From: Eukaryota sp. GEM-RC1
Lineage: Eukaryota
Reading direction: 5' to 3'
NCBI GenBank assembly: GCA_040285855.1
Contig: JAUFOQ010000001.1
Coordinates: 2,604,001 to 2,668,000, forward strand
Length of the DNA stretch: 64,000 bases
In this document: piece by piece, positions 51,625 through 64,000 of the stretch
How the letters are laid out: each line of letters begins with the position of its first letter
Numbering within the stretch: the first letter of the stretch is position 1
Made by a program: the position numbers and the translations under genes
Notes under the pieces: model-generated
What the model saw: only the letters and a program-made list of their open reading frames with translations
Told to the model about the DNA's origin: nothing
The model's database searches: none

Positions 51625-52412
51625 GAGTTGAGTTACTAAAATCAGTATAAACTCAGTCAAATCTAATATTTTCTTGAATAATTGTGCATACTAACGGTAA
51701 ATTGGGACTGATATTCTAATTTAACAAGAAGCTCACACATAAACTGTTGAATCTTCAACCTTGACCTTATCTTTTTAGACCCTAACATGACCAGCTTTCA
51801 AATGCCAACTTAACAGATACTCTTAACACGATCTAATCCTTGTTGTTTTAGCCCAATGCAAACTTTTTTTGAGAATTCTAAGATGCTAACAATAGGATTT
51901 GCAGTCAATAATGTTATACATACATTTCTTCGAATCAATAGCGCTTTTAGTTCTCATCTGGTTTCCTTCAACCGCTCTTAGAGAAATACATTTCCTGGAC
52001 TTTGTGCAGTAAATTTTAATGATGAAAAGTTGAGTGAGAACCAGTCTAGGTTAGTTGCTAATTTTGATACGCAATCCAAGATGTGACAGATCTTCCAAAA
52101 ACAAGAATCGTATGAATGTTATCAGCGTGATGAAAAACTTACTCTTTCAAAAGTTTTCACACTTTGAAACAATTTCAATTTTTAAAAAATATTGTTTTCG
52201 GGACAACTGTGGAGAATGCTTTGTGTTCAATAAAAACTATCGACATTAACAATGTATTACTTTGCCACTAAATTGGTTCCAGCAACCATATTCGAAGATC
52301 AACCAGTCTCTCCACAGTACATAACTAGTGGTGAACATCAGAGTGGTGTAGTAACAAGGGTTTTGGAAAAACAACTACAAGTAGTGTTATCGATTCACTT
52401 CCCATCTTTATC

Positions 52413-53442
52413 ATGACCCAATGCCCATCTACTAACACTCTTTCTTCACTCTTCAACAATTCCTCCCTTTCTGATCAAACTCTCGTGTTCAATGAAGAAG
52501 TTATTCATGTAACCAAAGTCATCCTGGCCACCAACTCTGATTTCTTTAGATCTCTTTGGTTCATGGATTTTGGTGACAAACATGAGAATCCTGTTGATTT
52601 CTCTCATCTTCCAGTCAGTGAATCCTCTTTTGTTTCCTTCATCAAGTCCATCTATGGCTCTCCTGCTGATATCACTGCTACCAATGTCTATGACTTCTTC
52701 TACTTAGCTCATTACTTTCAAGTAGAATTACTGGTAAACTCTCTAGAAACAATCTTGTCCCAGAACTTATCTGACTGGTCATGGCTCGAAAAGTTTGTGA
52801 TGAGAGCAAACCAGAATCAAGATCTTCGAGCTCTAGAATTCTGTGGCCCGTTTTTTAAAAAAAGTTAAAAATATTGGTACAAATCTAGTGGATAATCTCG
52901 ACTCAGATTCAATCAAAATGTTAACTAAATTCTGTAATACCAATCAATCACAATCGTGGCTGGTAAAGTCACTTGTGTCGTCAATCAAAAATTCCACTTT
53001 TGAATTATCTGAATTTTCAGATATTCTACGATTGTTAACTGCAAATGTTCTTTCTTTTAAAGAATGGGACGAACTTCTTTTCGCTCCTTTAAGTCCAATT
53101 AAAGAACTAGATCAACCTTTGAAAGATTTCATGGATGTCAAACTCAAGGTTCTTTATTTTGATTCGTTGATTGATCAAATAGAACAGCTCAAAGGTCAAA
53201 ACAATTCTTTGAGTGCCAAGAATTCTCAATTGGAATCTGAAGTGAAAGAATGTCATTCTAATATTACGAATCTACAACAACAAATTTCAAATATTCAAAA
53301 TATTCATCATCCTTCCACTTATGATCAACTCATTAAATCACGTGATGGATCTCCACAAAATCAATCTTGTCCTTTGAAACTTGCTTTAGCGAACATGGAA
53401 CAGATGATGAACCTATCTCGAAAACGGAGATTCGAAATTTAA
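52413..53442 (+). CDS. BTB + coiled-coil protein, family B copy 1 (frameshift in an A run at ~52860; no SPRY)
   Basis: HVTKVILATNSDFFRSLWFMDFGD..YLAHYFQV. The run is A7 here versus A6 in the other copies. Confidence 0.75.
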
Positions 53443-54466
53443 AATATTCTTTATTTTCGAAGTATTGAGTCAATCCAACAACCTTGAAAAAGTGGCGAAA
53501 GTCTTTCTTGGTGAAAATGTTCAGTTTTTGACTTTGTTTCTGATGTAAATGTTTGATTTATCTGTTTCTTATTTCAAATAAGTGGCAAATTTTAGTTCGA
53601 GAGGGAGACAAGTCTTCTGAGATCTCCAACTTAATTAGTTAGTATTGTTGATAGGTCTTAGGTCCAAGGTCTGATTAATTCTTTAACTTACTAAAATCAG
53701 TATAAACTCAGTCAAATCTAATATTTTCTTGAATAATTGTGCATACTAACAGTAAATTGGGACTGATATTCTAATTTAACAAGAAGCTCACACATAAACT
53801 GTTGAATCTTCAACCTTGACCTTATCTTTTTAGACCCTAACATGACCAGCTTTCAAATGTCAACTTAAAAGATACTCTTAACACGATCTAATCCTTGTTG
53901 TTTTAGCCCAATGCAAACTTTTTTTTGAGAATTCTAAGATGCTAACAATAGGATTTGCAGTCAATAATGTTATACATACATTTCTTCGAATCAATAGCGC
54001 TTTTAGTTCTCATCTGGTTTCCTTCAACCGCTCTTAGAGAAATACATTTCCTGGACTTTGTGCAGTAAATTTTAATGATGAAAAGTTGAGTGAGAACCAG
54101 TCTAGGTTAGTTGCTAATTTTGATACGCAATCCAAGATGTGACAGATCTTCCAAAAACAAGAATCGTATGAATGTTATCAGCTTGATGAAAGTCTTACTC
54201 TTTCAAAAGTTATCATACTTTAAAACAATTTCAATTTTTAAAATATTATTTTCGGCACAACTGCGGAGTATGATTTGCGTTCAATATAAACTATCGACAT
54301 TAACAATTCAGTACTTTGCCACCAAATTGGTTCCAGCAACCATATTCAAAGATCAACCAGTTTCTCTACAGAACATAACTAGTGGTGAACATCAGCGTAG
54401 TGTAGTAACAAGAGTTTTGGAAAAACAACTACAAGTAGTGTTATCGATTCACTTCCCATCTTTATC

Positions 54467-55494
54467 ATGACCCAATGCCCATCTACTAACACTCTTTCTT
54501 CACTCTTCAACGATTCCTCCCTTTCTGATCAAACTCTCGTGTTCAATGAAGAAGTTATTCATGTAACCAAAGTCATCCTGGCCACCAACTCTGATTTCTT
54601 TAGATCTCTTTGGTTCATGGATTTTGGTGACAAACATGAAAATCCTGTTGATTTCTCTCATCTTCCAGTCAGTCAATCCTCTTTTGTTTCCTTCATCAAG
54701 TCCATCTATGGCTCTCCTGCTGATATCACTGCTACCAATGTTTATGACTTCTTCTACTTAGCTCATTACTTTCAAGTAGAACTACTGGTAAACTCTCTAG
54801 AAACAACCTTGTCCCAGAACTTATCTGACTGGTCATGGCTCGAAAAGTTTGTGATGAGAGCAAACCAGAATCAAGATCTTCGAGCTCTAGAATTCTGTGG
54901 CCCGTTTTTTAAAAAAGTTAAAAATATTGGTACAAATCTAGTGGATAATCTCGACTCAGATTCAATCAAAGTGTTAACTAAATTCTGTAATACCAATCAA
55001 TCACAATCGTGGCTGGTAAAGTCACTTGTGTCGTCAATCAAAAATTCCACTTTTGAATTATTTGAATTTTCAGATATTCTACGATTGTTAACTGCAAATG
55101 TTCTTTCTTTTAAAGAATGGGACGAACTTCTTTTGCTCCTTTAAGTTCAATTAAAGAACTAGATCAACCTTTGAAAGATTTCATGGATGTCAAACTCCAG
55201 GTTCTTTATTTTGATTCGTTGATTGATCAAATAGAACAGCTCAAAGGTCAAAACAATTCTTTGAGCGCCAAGAATTCTCAATTGGAATCTGAAGTGACAG
55301 AATATCATTCTAATATTACGAATCTACAACAACAAATTTCAAATATTCAAAATATTCATCATCCTTCCACTTATGATCAACTCATTAAATCACGTGATGG
55401 ATCTCCACAAAATCAATCTTGTCCTTTGAAACTTGCTTTAGCGAACATGGAACAGATGATGAACCTATCTCGAAAACGGAGATTCGAAATTTAA
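54467..55494 (+). CDS. BTB + coiled-coil protein, family B copy 2 (frameshift in a T run at ~55133; no SPRY)
   Basis: ORFs 54467..55144 and 55117..55494 are collinear with copy 1. Confidence 0.75.
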
Positions 55495-56520
55495 AATATT
55501 CTTTATTTTCGAAGTATTGAGTCAATCCAACAACCTTGAAAAAAGTGGCGAAAGTCTTTCTTGGTGAAAATGTTCAGTTTTTTGACTTTGTTTCTGATGT
55601 AAATGTTTGATTTATCTGTTTCTTATTTCAAATAAGTGGCAAATTTTAGTTCGAGAGGGAGACAAGTCTTCTGAGATCTCCAACTTAATTAGTTAGTATT
55701 GTTGATAGGTCTTAGGTCCAAGGTCTGATTAATTCTTTAACTTACTAAAATCAGTATAAACTCAGTCAAATCTAATATTTTCTTGAATAATTGTGCATAC
55801 TAACGGTAAATTGGGACTGATATTCTAATTTAACAAGAAGCTCACACATAAACTGTTGAATCTTCAACCTTGACCTTATCTTTTTAGACCCTAACATGAC
55901 CAGCTTTCAAATGTCAACTTAAAAGATACTCTTAACACGATCTAATCCTTGTTGTTTTAGCCCAATGCAAACTTTTTTTTGAGAATTCTAAGATGCTAAC
56001 AATAGGATTTGCAGTCAATAATGTTATACATACATTTCTTCGAATCAATAGCGCTTTTAGTTCTCATCTGGTTTCCTTCAACCGCTCTTAGAGAAATACA
56101 TTTCCTGGACTTTGTGCAGTAAATTTTAATGATGAAAAGTTGAGTGAGAACCAGTCTAGGTTAGTTGCTAATTTTGATACGCAATCCAAGATGTGACAGA
56201 TCTTCCAAAAACAAGAATCGTATGAATGTTATCAGCTTGATGAAAGTCTTACTCTTTCAAAAGTTATCATACTTTAAAACAATTTCAATTTTTAAAATAT
56301 TATTTTCGGTACAACTGCGGAGTATGATTTGCGTTCAATATAAACTATCGACATTAACAATTCAGTACTTTGCCACCAAATTGGTTCCAGCAACCATATT
56401 CAAAGATCAACCAGTTTCTCTACAGAACATAACTAGTGGTGAACATCAGCGTAGTGTAGTAACAAGAGTTTTGGAAAAACAACTACAAGTAGTGTTATCG
56501 ATTCACTTCCCATCTTTATC

Positions 56521-58091
56521 ATGACCCAATGCCCATCTACTAACACTCTTTCTTCACTCTTCAACAATTCCTCCCTTTCTGATCAAACTCTCGTGTTCAA
56601 TGAAGAAGTTATTCATGTAACCAAAGTCATCCTGGCCACCAACTCTGATTTCTTTAGATCTCTTTGGTTCATGGATTTTGGTGACAAACATGAGAATCCT
56701 GTTGATTTCTCTCATCTTCCAGTCAGTGAATCCTCTTTTGTTTCCTTCATCAAGTCCATCTATGGCTCTCCTGCTGATATCACTGCTACCAATGTCTATG
56801 ACTTCTTCTACTTAGCTCATTACTTTCAAGTAGAACTACTGGTAAACTCTCTAGAAACAACCTTGTCTCAGAACTTATCTGACTGGTCATGGCTCGAAAA
56901 GTTTGTGATGAGAGCAAACCAGAATCAAGATCTTCGAGCGCTAGAATTCTGTGGTCCGTTTTTTAAAAAAGTTAAAAATATTGGTACAAGTCTAGTGGAT
57001 AATTTCGACTCAGATTCAATCAAAGTATTAACTAAATTCTGTAATACCAATCAATCACAATCGTGGCTGGTAAAGTCGCTTGTGTCGTCAATCAAAAATT
57101 CCACTTTTGAATTATCTGAATTTTCAGATATTCTACGATTGTTAACTGCAAATGTTCTTTCTTTTAAAGAATGGGACGAACTTCTTTTGCTCCTTTAAGT
57201 TCAATTAAAGAACTAGATCAACCTTTGAAAGATTTCATGGATGTCAAACTCAAGGTTCTTTATTTTGATTCGTTGATTGATCAAATAGAACAGCTCAAAG
57301 GTCAAAACAATTCTTTGAGCGCCGAGAATTCTCAATTGGAATCTGAAGTGACAGAATGTCACGCTAATATTACGAATCTACAACAACAAATTTCAAATAT
57401 TCAGAATATTCCTGATCAATCCATGTATCAACAACCAATCAGATCAAATAGTCCATATGATCCTTACCCTCAACATGATTCTGCTGCAGCAATACTCCAA
57501 CAGATGATACCCATTACCCAACCTCAACAACAGTTTCCACTTTCGACTTATCGGGATTCAAACGGTATTTTACAACTACAATACACGTCAATGTTTCCTG
57601 TTCAAAACGTGATTACCAGTGGAATTTTGTTTTCCGAAGATAGAAGATCATCTTCACTTTCATTAAGTAGGGACAGAAAGATAGTTAGGACTCAAGGACA
57701 AAGTACTGAACGCAATATCCTTGGTAGTCACCCTCTACTTCCTGGAAACGTCTACCAATGGACGGTACGGTACAAAGGGCGTCCTTTTTTTCTACGTGTA
57801 GGAGTAATTGACGAGAACAAATTTAGAGCAGATGGAAGTTGTGCTCGTCATGGACATTGTTTCAGGAATGATAATGCGATTTATGGAAGTTTGACAGGCA
57901 GCAGATGTCAATGGAATCCTGAAGAATTATTAGCGATCACAGCTGATATGAATACGAATACTGTAAGTATTAACTCTGTAGGGCATTCTGGTATAGCTTT
58001 AACTGGAAGTTTGCGTAGATTGAGAGGTCGTTATTATTATCCATTTTTTAAATTGCATTGGGCTGATACTGAAATTGAAATAGTTAGTTGA
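56521..58091 (+). CDS. BTB + coiled-coil + Q/P linker + SPRY/B30.2-like protein, family B copy 3 (frameshift ~57187)
   Basis: C-terminus RNILGSHPLLPGNVYQWTVRY..VGVIDE..WNPEELL..YYPF is homologous to the family A SPRY domain. Confidence 0.8.
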
Positions 58092-58959
58092 TGCTATTCT
58101 GTCATTAAGGTAGGTTTATTGATGTAAATGTTTTGTCTAGTACAATTTTTTTGATTATTTTTTGATGAATTTGTAATTCTGTATTAAGATCGTTCCTTCA
58201 AAGCTGCTTCTACCACTTTACTAACAGAGATACAATAGTGGAAGGTAATTTAATGTTGAATTTTCCTACAAAAGTTTGTATTTGACGAGTTTATAAACTG
58301 ATATGAGAAGCAGGGAAGACTAATAGTTAATAAATACATATGATATTGTGATTCCATCGAAATAATATCAAAATTATTACGCATGTCCCCTCCCAATTTT
58401 AGGCATGTCCCTGAATTTGCTTTTTCACCTTAACTTTCATTGATCTCTTACATAGATGCTGATATGGAATAAAATTGTCGTTTAGGTACCGTCAAAGGAG
58501 TGATGATGAGAGAAACGAAGCAGAGAAAAAGTGACAAACCGTCTTCTTCACCAGTCTTTGGCCTTAAGAAGATAACTGGTTCTAGAAGGATATTACACTT
58601 ATCTCACATACAAAACGACAAGAAGTTTCACAACTGCGAGTCTTGATCAATGAACGTCAGAGAAGAGTTATCCTATATCCATTTCTGACATTCATTGGCA
58701 ACATTCTAAAAAGCAATGAAGCGTTCATACATCCACTGTGGATTAAAGAACAGAAGGTTCCTGTAGAACTCTAGGATCTTAGACAAACAAATAAAGGACG
58801 CAAATAGTAATGTACATCTATTTTACATAAACAAAAATGATGAGAACAATGATCAATACTTTGGGGTCAATCAATATTGACTGGTAAGAGTTACCGCAAG
58901 CTTTATTAATTCCATCAAAATACAGCAAAATACATACCGGAAAAATAATGAATTAAACA

Positions 58960-60360
58960 GTTCTAATCAAACACTTTCCACTTTCCATTCACGACTTCGA
59001 CCCCAAACTGTCGTGGCAAATAACAAAACACTTGGAATATAAATGCTAACAGTAGTTGTACAAGTCGAAGGTTTGCAGTAAGCTTAACCATTGGAAAAAT
59101 TCACAGTAATTGATTCTCCTCTGGTAATTGTAGGAAATCTTGGATTTGAAGGAGAGAAGGATCCCATACTGTAGTCACCTCTAGGACCAAGACAAGTACA
59201 TAAACAAGAATCATTCTGAAGACTACGTCTACCTTTCCAACCAACAATGTCAGAAATAACATTACCAAGGTCATCTAGCATTGGGAATTTAACAGATCAA
59301 TTGTCTGAAAGATTAACTTCTTACCTAGGAGTTTGGACCTAGTGAAACAATTTCTTTGTTAAAGATAGATTCTTCGCACCCAATTTCTGAAATTTTCAAC
59401 AAAAGCTCATTTTTATCGAGCTCATAATATTGAACTAAAGCAGGCACAAGCACGTCATTCGTAATTTTTGAAAGGAATAAAGTCAACTCGTCATCATCTC
59501 CTAAAGGAGAAAGAATGAATGAATGTATTTCTGACCCAGTCAACAACGACATATTGATTGAAACGAAACAATCTTCGACGTCACTTGATCACCAAGAACT
59601 TCCTTTTCCAGATAATCAGGATTTAATCAGATTTTGGAGGCAAACTATTAAAATAAATAAGATTATTTGAAGATTTCCTCACCATTTCAAGCAATACATT
59701 TGGATTTAGAGAAGGAAGTTTTTGATGGGAGAAATCTTTATATTTAGTGGTTTTTTGAATCTATATTCCTAACGAAAAAGTAACAAATATTTAAAACGAA
59801 GAGGAACGTGTAAATGTAAAGGTATGATTTCAGAATCAGATTCAATGTCTGCAAACAATTGCTTTAAAGATTCTTGGTCTTGATATTGATTTGCTTGTTT
59901 GACAAGAAAAAGTCAAGGATCAGTAGAGTTTGAAAAATGAATTATTAATTCAAGACAAGTAATCTTGAGATTTTGTACCATAAAATATCTAGAAAGCACA
60001 TACAACTCATAGAGATTCCCAAGAGAGATCTCTACTGGCTGAGCGTAGAGATAGGAGAACAACGAGCGAAAAGAAGAGGTGAAGACATCGAGAGAGAGAG
60101 AAATCGTGGGTTTTTTCGTCATCTGACAAGTCGAGTTCAATTAACTTCAGAATGAAGCAATACTTTTGAACCACAAATTGAAATCGAAAAACTTACCCAC
60201 AACGAACTTAATTCTACGATTACAAGTGCATGATTACTATGATACAATCAAACATTAATTTGGCATTGGTGGGGCTAGCAAAATGAGAGGATAACCAGAT
60301 TGTATGCCGTTGATAACCATCCTTCTTGTGTTATTGTCAGTGGTTGACTCTGGCATCATC
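58960..60360 (-). pseudogene. Divergent BTB-domain gene, frameshifted and/or intron-containing
   Basis: FRSLFSYLYAQPVEISLGNLYELYVLSRYFMVQNLK matches BTB C-terminal helices; possible GTAAGA..CTAG intron at 59324-59275. Exon structure unresolved. Confidence 0.5.
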
Positions 60361-60513
60361 ATAGTTTGACATTGGTCTATTACATTTCATTAGGAAGTCT
60401 TTCTCATTTCATACGTCCAACAAAAGATCCACACAATGAGCAAATTTCAGAATCAAACGTGTATGGTACGTGTATAAGCACATTCGATGAACAAGTCCGG
60501 GACTAAAAGAAAT

Positions 60514-61041
60514 TCACACAAGCAAACATAATACTGTAATGACTGCACTTGTGGCAATGATATGCCATGGACATCCAAAAACAGTAGATGGGTGATTTTC
60601 CTTGCCAAGAGATAAACACAAACTTTTGATATTTTCCCAAGACTGGTCCAAATGATATTGAGTGATTTGAGCACCATGTTGTTCAGGGGGTTCTAAAATA
60701 GCCAACACCTCAACATCAATATCTGGTTGATCGATGGCTTTGTTAGATCTGTATGCTTTTGGAGCAAGAACAATAACACGAATTCTCAGTGGTTGATTGG
60801 AAGGGAAGTTTTTAGCAACTGATGCGGCAGCATGAATTTTCTTACCTACATGATGGAACTCTCCAAATGACACACCAATGGCAAAGAGTGTATCTTCTGT
60901 TCTAATCAAAATCACTCGATTTTCATGCTCGTCTTGGGGGTGTCGGTACTCTACAGATGAAGGTATCTTGGATGAAACATGTTCTGCAAACTTCTTGGTA
61001 ACATAACTAGCAGCCGCAGCTGTTTTATAAGAATCGGTCAT
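60514..61041 (-). CDS. Hypothetical protein with C-terminal hydrophobic tail
   Basis: ATG at 61041, 175 aa, ending WHIIATSAVITVLCLLV. Confidence 0.55.
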   Translation of the reverse strand: MTDSYKTAAAASYVTKKFAEHVSSKIPSSVEYRHPQDEHENRVILIRTEDTLFAIGVSFGEFHHVGKKIHAAASVAKNFPSNQPLRIRVIVLAPKAYRSNKAIDQPDIDVEVLAILEPPEQHGAQITQYHLDQSWENIKSLCLSLGKENHPSTVFGCPWHIIATSAVITVLCLLV

Positions 61042-61367
61042 GAAGAGAAATATGATGATCAACATCAATGATCCAAATTAGAGTCAATGCCAACATATGA
61101 CACGTGGAACCTCTGATCATCCGATTACATGATATGAACGATCAACTTGAGTGGAAAGAACCAATGTACTCCAAAAGTGACATTCTTGTAGTGTCAATGA
61201 ACCATTTGTCAGGTCCAATTATGACAGTTGTAGATGTGTCAACAACCATGACACTAAAAATTTGATTCTGTGTCGAAAGTACATATGATTTCGTCCTAAA
61301 GTACGAAAATGGTTCGGTACCATACATTTGCGTTTCCATGATTTATATACACAATAAAAAACACAAG

Positions 61368-64000
61368 CTAAATTTCAAGCTTCCGCCACTCAGATGAGTC
61401 TTCACTACACTCCGCTCCAACTAGATCAGACTTTCCACAAATATGAATGGAATCATCTACTAAAATAACAGCAGAATTACTCTCCCCTGCAAAGATCCTC
61501 TTAGCCGGAAGAGGAAAGTCAACTAGGTTTGGTGATTTCCCCTTCATATCCATCTTTCCCAACTCACAATAATAATTACCACCTCCAAATACATAAACTT
61601 TTCCATTTAAATCTAAAATAACAGAATGAGATAGTCCAATTGCCACGTCAACAACATCCTCTAAAGCTGTGACATGAAAGGGTTCAGTGGCAGTTTCATC
61701 ACTCTCAAGGCCCATAAGTGATTTAGTTCCGAGACCAAATAGTTTTCCATCTCTGGTAACAACTAATAAATGTCTGGTGCCACAGGCAACAGCAATCACG
61801 TCAGCAAAAGGAAGTTTGACTGGTTTGTTAACACTGTTGGGCAAATCAATTCCAAGAAAGCCAGGATTCTCTCCCCAGCCATAAAGCTCACCATCTACAG
61901 TGATTGCAAAAGAGTTCTGTTTTGAAGCAACGACTTTAGCAACTCTAGCAGGAATTACAACTGGAACAATGGTGTTTCTAACAGTATTAGATCCATCCCC
62001 AAGTTGTCCCTTTTCTCCTATACCAAACGAAAACACTTTGCCATCCTGGCGCAGTAACAACACATGAGTAGCACCAACAGAGATAGAATGGATGTGATCC
62101 AAGTGATAAAGATCACATCGTGGATCAATTTCAGGATAACCAGTGTTAAGAGTACCAAATATAAAGAGATCACCTTCTACAGTTAAGATTGCACCAGCTC
62201 TATCGCCAACTGAGATCATTTTGATTGGAGTTTCCTTGATTGGCAAATAGTTGGTATCATATTGAATGCAATCGCCGGATTTACGAATATTGACTCGTTT
62301 TTCAAGGTTCTCAACTACTACTGGTAATTTACTGCCATTTCGTCTAGCACTAGAACCGAAACCAGCTGGTACAAAGTCAATACTCCACATTTTTAAAATA
62401 TCATTATCGTAGTGGAATCCCCAAGTTTTAGAAATTCCAAACTTATACTGGAATTTGTCAACTTCTGGGAGGATAAAGTCGTCAAGAGGTGGAATAACAA
62501 CTTGAGGTAGTTCAATTGGTGGCGAATTATTTAGCAAGTTGAAATTAATAGGTTTAAATTCAACTGAATGTCCAAAAGTCCCATCACCTAGCTGACCTCT
62601 ATTATTAACACCACAAGCATAGACTTCTCCATTGGAAGAAACTGCTAAAGAGAAGCCATCACCAGCAGCAACGTATTTGACGTCATTTAAAGAGACTTTA
62701 ACAGGACTATCTCTAGATTTACAATCACCTAAGCCCAATTGACCCAGACCATTTGCACCCATTGAAAAGAGATTTCTGTGGAAGTCAACAAACAACACGT
62801 GACCACTACTACTTGCCACGTGGACAATGTTCTTTAGATAAGGAACAAACACTGGTGTTGTATATTCAGATGTCTTTTCTATATGAGAATAATTGGACAA
62901 CGTGTAGTAAACAGTGCCGTTTTTCAAGAGACAAAATAACTGTGTTGACGTGGCAGTGATGTAAGCCACATCATCAATAAACCGTGATTTTACCGCAATC
63001 TCTGCAGCATCTTCTTCATTACCGTTTCCATATATTGCTCCATTACCACCCTTAAACCAAACACTGCCATCCTTTTCAAGACAGCAACACAGCCATTAGG
63101 AGCCGCAACTTGCTGAACGTCATCAAACCCATCAAAGTCAACAGCCTGAGTCAAGTCTTTTTTAAACACCGCTTTAAGTTCACCCCAAACTTTAATAGAA
63201 CCATCCTTCTGAAGAACAACTGAATGGTACATACTTCCAGTAATTTGAGCAGTAGAAGAGAGGTCCTTGAGCTTAGTAGCTTCGTAAAGGCAAGCACTGT
63301 TGTAATCTTTATCATGACCTTCAGCCATCTGTCTAATGTAATACCCCCAACCATAAGCTTGACCAGCTTCATCAATGGCATAGACAGTAAGAGCAGCAGT
63401 AGAGATGGAGGTTATGGGAAACTCAGTAGGAATGGGAATCTTTATAGGAACTCCTGAGCATAGGAATCCATCAACTTGAGGACGGCCTAACTGGCCACGA
63501 TCTCCATCACCCCAAGCATAGACAGAACCATCAGGTTTAAGAGCAACGGCGGAGTACATACTAGCCGCAAGTTTACCATAGAAAGGATTGGATGAGATTT
63601 CAGAGAAGGATATGGAGAAGGAAGAATCATCAACAGGGAAAGACAGAGGTTGTGAAGGAGAAGGAGAAGAGGAAACTCTAGTGAATGAGGAGATTCTAGT
63701 AGGTGAAGGAAGACTTCGTTTAAAAGAGGGGATGTCCGTAATGTCGATACCCAAAACTCCCATGTCTCCCCAACCAAACAGTCGTTGTTTGTCATCAAGC
63801 ATAAATATAGCGGAATCCATAGGAATTATAGCAGTTGCAAGCATAGACAATGTTGACTTGGACCAGGAAGTATTCCAGCGATATGCGGGAGTAGCATTCT
63901 CGAGAAGTAGACGGTTTTCCATATTTTCACCTGTACCAAAGACAGTACCATCAACGCAGATGGCGAATCCATGTTTCTCAGACAGAACGATATCTTTCAC
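61368..64000 (-). CDS. RCC1/BLIP-II repeat protein (5' end outside window; one frameshift ~63073)
   Basis: Repeated G.N..GQLG.G, VAAGDGFSLAV..GEVYACG and ISVGATHVLLL motifs. Adding one A gives KKDGSVWFKGGNG..DDVAYIT, joining ORFs 62990..64000 and 61368..62969. Confidence 0.9.

Larger units (their letters stand above)
51633..57410 (+). repeat. ~2.05-kb tandem triplication (units start ~51633, ~53688, ~55742)
   Basis: TTACTAAAATCAGTATAA recurs at these positions; genes start at 52413, 54467 and 56521 (spacing 2054). Confidence 0.95.

Overview
AT-rich eukaryotic (protist-like) DNA. Many 1-nt frameshifts fall in homopolymer runs, so some may be sequencing errors. (1) Bases 1-5089 encode a very large Fanzor1 (eukaryotic TnpB/RuvC RNA-guided nuclease family) protein. 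It appears fused N-terminally to a Ulp1/C48-protease-like domain and a degenerate PolB-type 3'-5' exonuclease domain, and C-terminally to two CCHC zinc knuckles. Its central ~2.74 kb (1960-4699) is inverted between 4-bp inverted microhomologies. The body therefore reads on the minus strand, while the RuvC-III end (WGLVQCAKC..WNRD) reads on the plus strand and is missed by the ORF track. A hairpin-rich segment after the stop is a candidate omegaRNA. (2) Bases ~5750-49740 are a tandem array of large segmental units. Each carries a minus-strand BTB/coiled-coil/SPRY-like gene followed by a transposon graveyard: hAT derivatives with 8-bp TSDs, TA-targeting MITEs, and pogo/Tc1-like, Ty3/Gypsy and RLE non-LTR relics. 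The BTB halves are nearly identical, whereas discrete SPRY loops are hypervariable. (3) A truncated MULE transposase is followed by a ~2.05-kb x3 tandem of a second BTB subfamily, a degenerate BTB gene, a hypothetical gene and an RCC1-repeat gene running off the right edge.
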